DNA of 32,000 nt from Haloferax volcanii DS2 (GTDB lineage: Archaea; Halobacteriota; Halobacteria; Halobacteriales; Haloferacaceae): positions 1,350,001-1,382,000 of the forward strand of contig NC_013967.1 of the NCBI RefSeq assembly GCF_000025685.1, written 5' to 3'. The notes under the pieces were generated by a model. It saw only the letters and a program-made list of their open reading frames with translations, made no database searches and was not told the origin of the DNA. The position numbers and the translations under genes were made by a program. Within the stretch, counting starts at the first letter, position 1. Every line of letters starts with the position of its first letter. Below are positions 27,161 through 32,000 of this stretch, piece by piece.

Positions 27161-27262
27161 CTATGCCCCTACAATAATGAGCGACCGAATCGCAGCGACG
27201 GCGGCGGCGCTGGCCCCGGCGTCCGGGGTCGCGCGAACCGCGTGTTCGTCGTGCGAGGTCAT
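27161..27262 (-). CDS. Candidate leaderless 33-codon ORF (possible ilv leader peptide): MTSHDEHAVRATPDAGASAAAVAAIRSLIIVGA*
   Basis: The ATG at 27262 lies 26 nt downstream of the BRE/TATA-like GCGAAAA-CATTATTA. The first two thirds have GC-rich third positions, and the ORF ends in Leu-Ile-Ile-Val-Gly-Ala. The stop codon sits in a hairpin loop. The upstream part of the 69-aa track ORF is basic and contains the TATA element. Confidence 0.3.
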   Translation of the reverse strand: MTSHDEHAVRATPDAGASAAAVAAIRSLIIVGA

Positions 27263-27288
27263 CGTATGCAACACGTCCGTCCCGTCGG

Positions 27289-27295
27289 TAATAAT
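27289..27295 (-). promoter_or_regulatory. TATA-like element (minus strand ATTATTA, preceded by GCGAAAAC) in the leuA/ilvB spacer
   Basis: An AT-rich heptamer in GC-rich DNA, at leaderless spacing from the ATG at 27262. A second CATTATT copy lies at 27173-27179. Confidence 0.4.
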
Positions 27296-27382
27296 GTTTT
27301 CGCGGCGGGCAACGATTGCACGCCGGTCGGGAGGTCGAACGCGTGCAGGGCGGTCGCCCCGTAGGGCCACAGCCCGGCGCCA

Positions 27383-28619
<1,237 letters not shown>

Positions 28620-28644
28620 CGTGTCAGTGACGTGCCCGAACTCC

Positions 28645-28652
28645 TATTTAAA
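28645..28652 (-). promoter_or_regulatory. TATA box TTTAAATA (minus strand), preceded by GGGAAACG
   Basis: It lies exactly 25 nt upstream of the ATG at 28619, the canonical haloarchaeal leaderless geometry. It sits inside the long leuA track ORF. Confidence 0.5.
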
Positions 28653-28984
28653 CGTTTCCCCCCGACAGTGTCACGAACGTTCAGCGGGTGTTGTGTGACA
28701 ACCACTCTCGGGGGTAATCGCTGTACCTAAACGTCCTTATATGATATCATGACATATGTTGACTTGATATGTCCGCTCGTCGTTCGATAGCTTCTGAGTA
28801 ATAATATAACTAAATAGAGTTTAGAAACAAAATTTAGCACCCGGTGCGCGCACTCTCGACTGGACAAACGTGGAGCAAACTGCGACTGTCGTGTGAAACG
28901 TGATACCAATGTGCGTGTTCGTGCCGTCGAGGCCGTTCACTGCTCGACCGAACCCTTTTCTCGCCGCTCGACAACCGAGCGGGT

Positions 28985-29272
28985 ATGGGCGATTTCAATC
29001 TCAACTTGCAGACGGCCGAAGAACACCTCGACGAGGACGACGCCGAGGGTGACGTGGTCCTCGGCGTCCTCGACGGGTCGACCCCGTCCGAGGAGTGGGT
29101 CCAGTCCGTCGCCCGCGGAAACGTCCTCTTTCTCGCCATCGAGGGCGACCTCAACAAGCTCGCGTCGGGCTTCGCACGCGACATCAAGGATATGGGCGGC
29201 CAGCTGATGCACTTCCGGAAGTTCCTCGTCGTCTCCCCGCCGGGCGTGGACATCAACACGGACGACCTCTGA
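28985..29272 (+). CDS. SepF-like (DUF552-fold) small acidic protein
   Basis: The C-terminal pattern GNVLFLAIEGDLNKLASGFARDIKDMGGQLMHFRKFLVVSPPGVDI resembles the SepF core (G-N-hydrophobic strand, helix, G-G, strand, P-x-G-V/I-x-I). The assignment is by pattern recall only. Confidence 0.5.
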   Translation: MGDFNLNLQTAEEHLDEDDAEGDVVLGVLDGSTPSEEWVQSVARGNVLFLAIEGDLNKLASGFARDIKDMGGQLMHFRKFLVVSPPGVDINTDDL

Positions 29273-29360
29273 CCGGGCGGCCCGCTTCGCGGTCTCCGCG
29301 GTCCCGACGAACGGAACGAACCGACCAGAACCGGGCGCATCGGCCGCGGGGAGAGTTCTT

Positions 29361-30074
29361 ATGCGCCGCGCGCCCCACGATACTGGCATGCCGATGAAAG
29401 GTCGCGGTACCTCCGACCTCCGCGAAATCGACCGATGGGACCACGGCGTCGGATGGCTCGCGTACCCCGACGAGACGATGCAGCGGGCCAGTCACGCCGT
29501 CGAAATCGACGGCGACGTGTGGCTGTTCGACCCCGTCGATGCCCCCGGCGTCGACGACCTGTTCGCCGAATTCGGCGACGTGGCCGGCGTCGTGGTCGGA
29601 CTCGACCGACACAAACGCGACTCGGCGGCCCTCGCCAACCGCCACGAAGTACCGGTCTACGTCGCCTCGTGGATGACCGGCGTCGCCGACGAACTCGACG
29701 CGACCGTCGAACGCTTCGGGGCCGACCTCGCCGACTCCGGCTTCGAGGCGTTCCGTCTCGTCGACCGCTCCGTCCCGCCGTGGCAGGAGGTCGGCTTCTA
29801 TCACGACGGGTACGACCTGCTCGTCGTCCCCGAATCGGTCGGCACGGTCGGCTACTTCTGCGCTCGCGGCGAGCACCTCGGCGTCCACCCGATGCTCCGG
29901 CCGTTCCCACCGCGGCGCGTGCTCTCTCGGTACGACCCCGACCGACTGCTCGTCGGCCACGGCGCGGGCGTGCCGGTGGACGCGGGCGACGAACTCCGGA
30001 CCGCCCTCGGAAACGCCCGCCGAAACCTCCCGAGCGCCTACGCCCGGGCGTTCACCTCGATGCTCTCGAACTGA
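29361..30074 (+). CDS. Conserved hypothetical protein (weak, degenerate MBL-fold resemblance)
   Basis: High GC3 and acidic. ..AVEIDGDVWLFDPVDAPG...VVVGLDRHKRD.. resembles an MBL strand/loop but lacks HxHxDH. The start could be 29361, 29388 or 29394. Confidence 0.6.
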   Translation: MRRAPHDTGMPMKGRGTSDLREIDRWDHGVGWLAYPDETMQRASHAVEIDGDVWLFDPVDAPGVDDLFAEFGDVAGVVVGLDRHKRDSAALANRHEVPVYVASWMTGVADELDATVERFGADLADSGFEAFRLVDRSVPPWQEVGFYHDGYDLLVVPESVGTVGYFCARGEHLGVHPMLRPFPPRRVLSRYDPDRLLVGHGAGVPVDAGDELRTALGNARRNLPSAYARAFTSMLSN

Positions 30075-30610
30075 TGCCCAACGAGACGGCCGACAACGAC
30101 GAGAATCCTCTGGACGCGGAGGCGACACCCGAGCGCACGACCGAAGGAGAGACCGTCGAACCCCGACCGAGCGAGACCGCCGAACCCGAGCGCCGACGAG
30201 TTCACGTCACGCGCGGACTCGTCGACCTGCTGCTCGATATGGCCGAAGACGCCGAGCCGTCGTCGGTGAACCTCGTGCTCGCTCCGACACCCGCGGGCGA
30301 GTTCGACGACGACCTCGGCCTCGACCCTGAGACGCCCGTGCTCACACACTTCTACATGGCCGAGGCCGGCCAGTCCGTGAGCGCCGTCTTCGGGATGGAC
30401 CTCGGAACGCCCGCCGGGCGCGGCCGCGCCCGCTTTCTCACGCACCCGCAGGGGCCGTTCGAACTCACGGAGCGCGACGGCCTCGCGGCCGTGGTGCTCC
30501 TCGCGGTCCCACCGTGGGAGCGGCGGACGCTCGCCGCGTTCGACCGCGCCGGTCGGAAGTTAGAACTCGCCGTCCTCGACGCCGAGCCACCGCAGGAAGA
30601 ACTCGACTGA
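30074..30610 (+). CDS. Conserved hypothetical protein (possible degenerate MPN/JAB-like fold), translationally coupled to the upstream gene
   Basis: The ATG at 30074 shares one nt with the upstream stop (TGATG). An acidic N-terminal tail is followed by ..AEDAEPSSVNLVL.. and ..RARFLTHPQGPFELTERD.., which loosely echo the MPN E...HxHP...S..D layout without the metal ligands. Confidence 0.6.
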   Translation: MPNETADNDENPLDAEATPERTTEGETVEPRPSETAEPERRRVHVTRGLVDLLLDMAEDAEPSSVNLVLAPTPAGEFDDDLGLDPETPVLTHFYMAEAGQSVSAVFGMDLGTPAGRGRARFLTHPQGPFELTERDGLAAVVLLAVPPWERRTLAAFDRAGRKLELAVLDAEPPQEELD

Positions 30611-30673
30611 GCCGACCGCGTTCCGCTGCCCGGCGCTGCCGGCCCGCGCGCGGCGGCCGCTCGCCTCGGTCGA

Positions 30674-30886
30674 CTACCGCAGGTAGCCGAGGTCGGTCAG
30701 TTGCTCCGCGATTTCTTGGAACTCCGCCTCCGAGAGATCGCCGCCGGAGCGCTCGTGCTGGATGACGATGCTGCGGAGGAGGAACCGGACGAGATCGCTC
30801 GTGCTCGAGAAGGTGGTTCCTTCGATGGTGTCGTCGACGCGAGCGGCCAACTCCTTCGGAATCGAGACCGTCGTGTACTCGGTCAT
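30674..30886 (-). CDS. CopG/ribbon-helix-helix DNA-binding protein (70 aa)
   Basis: MTEYTTVSIPKELAARVDDTIEGTTFSSTSDLVRFLLRSIV is a beta-strand followed by two helices, as in RHH proteins. I prefer the ATG at 30886 over the basic 26-codon extension. Confidence 0.75.
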   Translation of the reverse strand: MTEYTTVSIPKELAARVDDTIEGTTFSSTSDLVRFLLRSIVIQHERSGGDLSEAEFQEIAEQLTDLGYLR

Positions 30887-31021
30887 GGGTCGACCGTGGC
30901 ACCGGGCGAGGTTAACCCCAACGGTGGCGACCGGGACCGTCCAGCGCGGTTTCCCGGCGTTCACCGGCGATTTCGCCGGAGGTCGGGGGTTTTTCCATGC
31001 GGGGCGTACTATACACGTTCG

Positions 31022-31348
31022 ATGGCCGCGAGACCGCCGCAGAACGATACGTCGGAGCCGGACTCAATCGAATTCGGTATCGCCGCGCTCGCCGATGACG
31101 TCGACACCGCAGACATCGACTACCCGGCAGACGCGACCGAGATCACACGGGCGCTCGACGACGTTTCCGTGCCGATTGACGCCGCGGGCAATACGGTCGC
31201 GATAAGCGACGCCCTCGCCGCCGCGCCGAAAGACCGATTCGACTCTCGCCGGGACCTCTTGGAGACGCTTCACCCGGTGTTCGAGGAGTTCCGCGCGAAG
31301 GCCTCGAAGAGCCTGATGGGTCGGCTTCGTTCGCTCGTCCCGTTCTGA
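31022..31348 (+). CDS. Small acidic hypothetical protein (108 aa)
   Basis: MAARPPQNDTSEPDSIEFGIAALADDVDTADIDYPADATEITRALDDVSVPID... Haloarchaeal-type composition, with a TTTTTCCA element about 29-36 nt upstream. Confidence 0.6.
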   Translation: MAARPPQNDTSEPDSIEFGIAALADDVDTADIDYPADATEITRALDDVSVPIDAAGNTVAISDALAAAPKDRFDSRRDLLETLHPVFEEFRAKASKSLMGRLRSLVPF

Positions 31349-31399
31349 AGGCGGTCTCGGTTGGCGTCCTCCAGTCCCGACGGCCCGGTTCGAATCGGC

Positions 31400-32000
31400 T
31401 CACTCCAGTTCTTCGATTCGTTTCATCTGCTCGCGGTGTAGCGAGAGGATGAGATCCGACAGCACGCCGAACATCAGCAGTTGTACCCCGAAGAGAATAC
31501 CTGCCATAGAGACGACGGCGATGACCTCGTGGGAAATCGAGCGAACGACCCACTCGTAGGCGACGTACAGGGCGAGCCCGAGCCCGGTCGCGGTCGACGC
31601 GAACCCGACGCTGCCGAAGTAGAAAAGCGGGTTGTTGGTCTTGGCGCGGCGATACAGTTCCAGGAAGATGATACCACCGTCGCGGATCGGGTCGAGATTC
31701 GTATCCGAGCCGTCGGGCCGCGGGTAGTAGGTCGTGGGCACGACCGTCGTCTTGATACCACGCTTCGCGCACTCGACGGCCATCTCCGTCTCGATGCCGA
31801 AGCCGTCGGAAGTTAGCGTCATGTCGAGAAACGACTCGCGGGTGAACGCCCGGTAGCCGCTGAGGATATCACGAAAGTCCTGACCGTGAATAAACGCGAA
31901 CGCCCGGTTGATGATGCGGTTTCCGACTCTGTTGAGCCGCGTCATCGCGCCCGGCCGCATATCGGCGAATCGGTCGCCGATGACGTGGTCGTACCCCTCG
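31400..32000 (-). CDS. aglJ: GT2 dolichyl-phosphate hexosyltransferase, C-terminal 200 codons; 5' end beyond the right window edge (probably AglJ)
   Basis: The frame stays open to position 32000 (..EGYDHVIGDRFADMRPGAMTRLNRVGNRIINRAFAFIHGQDFRDILSGYRAF..FGIETEM..) and has two C-terminal TM helices, typical of DPM/DPG synthase-like GT2 enzymes. The symbol comes from the remembered gene order (HVO_1517). Confidence 0.65.
   Translation of the reverse strand, partial: EGYDHVIGDRFADMRPGAMTRLNRVGNRIINRAFAFIHGQDFRDILSGYRAFTRESFLDMTLTSDGFGIETEMAVECAKRGIKTTVVPTTYYPRPDGSDTNLDPIRDGGIIFLELYRRAKTNNPLFYFGSVGFASTATGLGLALYVAYEWVVRSISHEVIAVVSMAGILFGVQLLMFGVLSDLILSLHREQMKRIEELE

Noticed and set aside
27161-27370. 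The full 69-aa track ORF in the leuA/ilvB spacer as a conventional protein gene.
   Set aside because: Its first 36 codons are very basic and span the TATA-like element. Only the internal-ATG 33-codon version has a sensible promoter geometry, and even that is reported with low confidence.
28727-28909. A 60-aa minus-strand ORF in the AT-rich island upstream of leuA.
   Set aside because: It is basic, has AT-rich codons, and sits in an obvious promoter region, so it is unlikely to be coding.

Overview
High-GC (about 65%) haloarchaeal chromosomal DNA encoding acidic proteins. Most long ORFs on the track are Arg/Pro/Gly-rich shadow frames of the real genes. Gene content and order match what I recall of the Haloferax volcanii main chromosome, roughly HVO_1479 to HVO_1517; that identification is from memory and was not verified. 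I call about 38 protein genes. Two blocks dominate, both on the minus strand. (1) The bacterial-type fructose PTS cluster: fba / ptfB-ptsI-ptsH-ptfA-ptfC / pfkB-glpR (13.1-20.1 kb). (2) A branched-chain amino-acid cluster: leuA, then a 364-bp gap, then ilvB-ilvN-ilvC-smallORF-leuC-leuD-leuB (20.3-28.6 kb), mostly joined by overlapping stop/start codons. The left third holds an Agl23-like membrane protein (cut by the window edge), a universal stress protein, a 2Fe-2S ferredoxin, a disrupted rhodanese/metallo-beta-lactamase gene, the globin-coupled transducer HemAT, a ferritin-like protein, MOSC-galK, an enolase-superfamily gluconate dehydratase (gnaD), a HAD hydrolase and several small acidic proteins. 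The right end holds a SepF-like small protein, a translationally coupled pair of unknown function, a CopG/RHH regulator and the 3' part of a GT2 glycosyltransferase (probably aglJ). I found no rRNA, tRNA, CRISPR array, IS/transposase, integrase or recognisable defence genes, and no convincing novel multi-gene system. The unexplained signals are small and cis-acting. They are a leaderless 33-codon ORF ending in Leu-Ile-Ile-Val inside a hairpin upstream of ilvB (possible leader peptide/attenuator), and a leuA 5' end whose best promoter/ATG pair is 1 nt out of frame with the catalytic domain. Others are an internally deleted rhodanese-MBL gene, a MinD-like amphipathic C-terminal tail on the EIIB protein, operator-like palindromes and shared motifs in the fructose-regulon spacers, and a 413-bp structured spacer with phased repeats.
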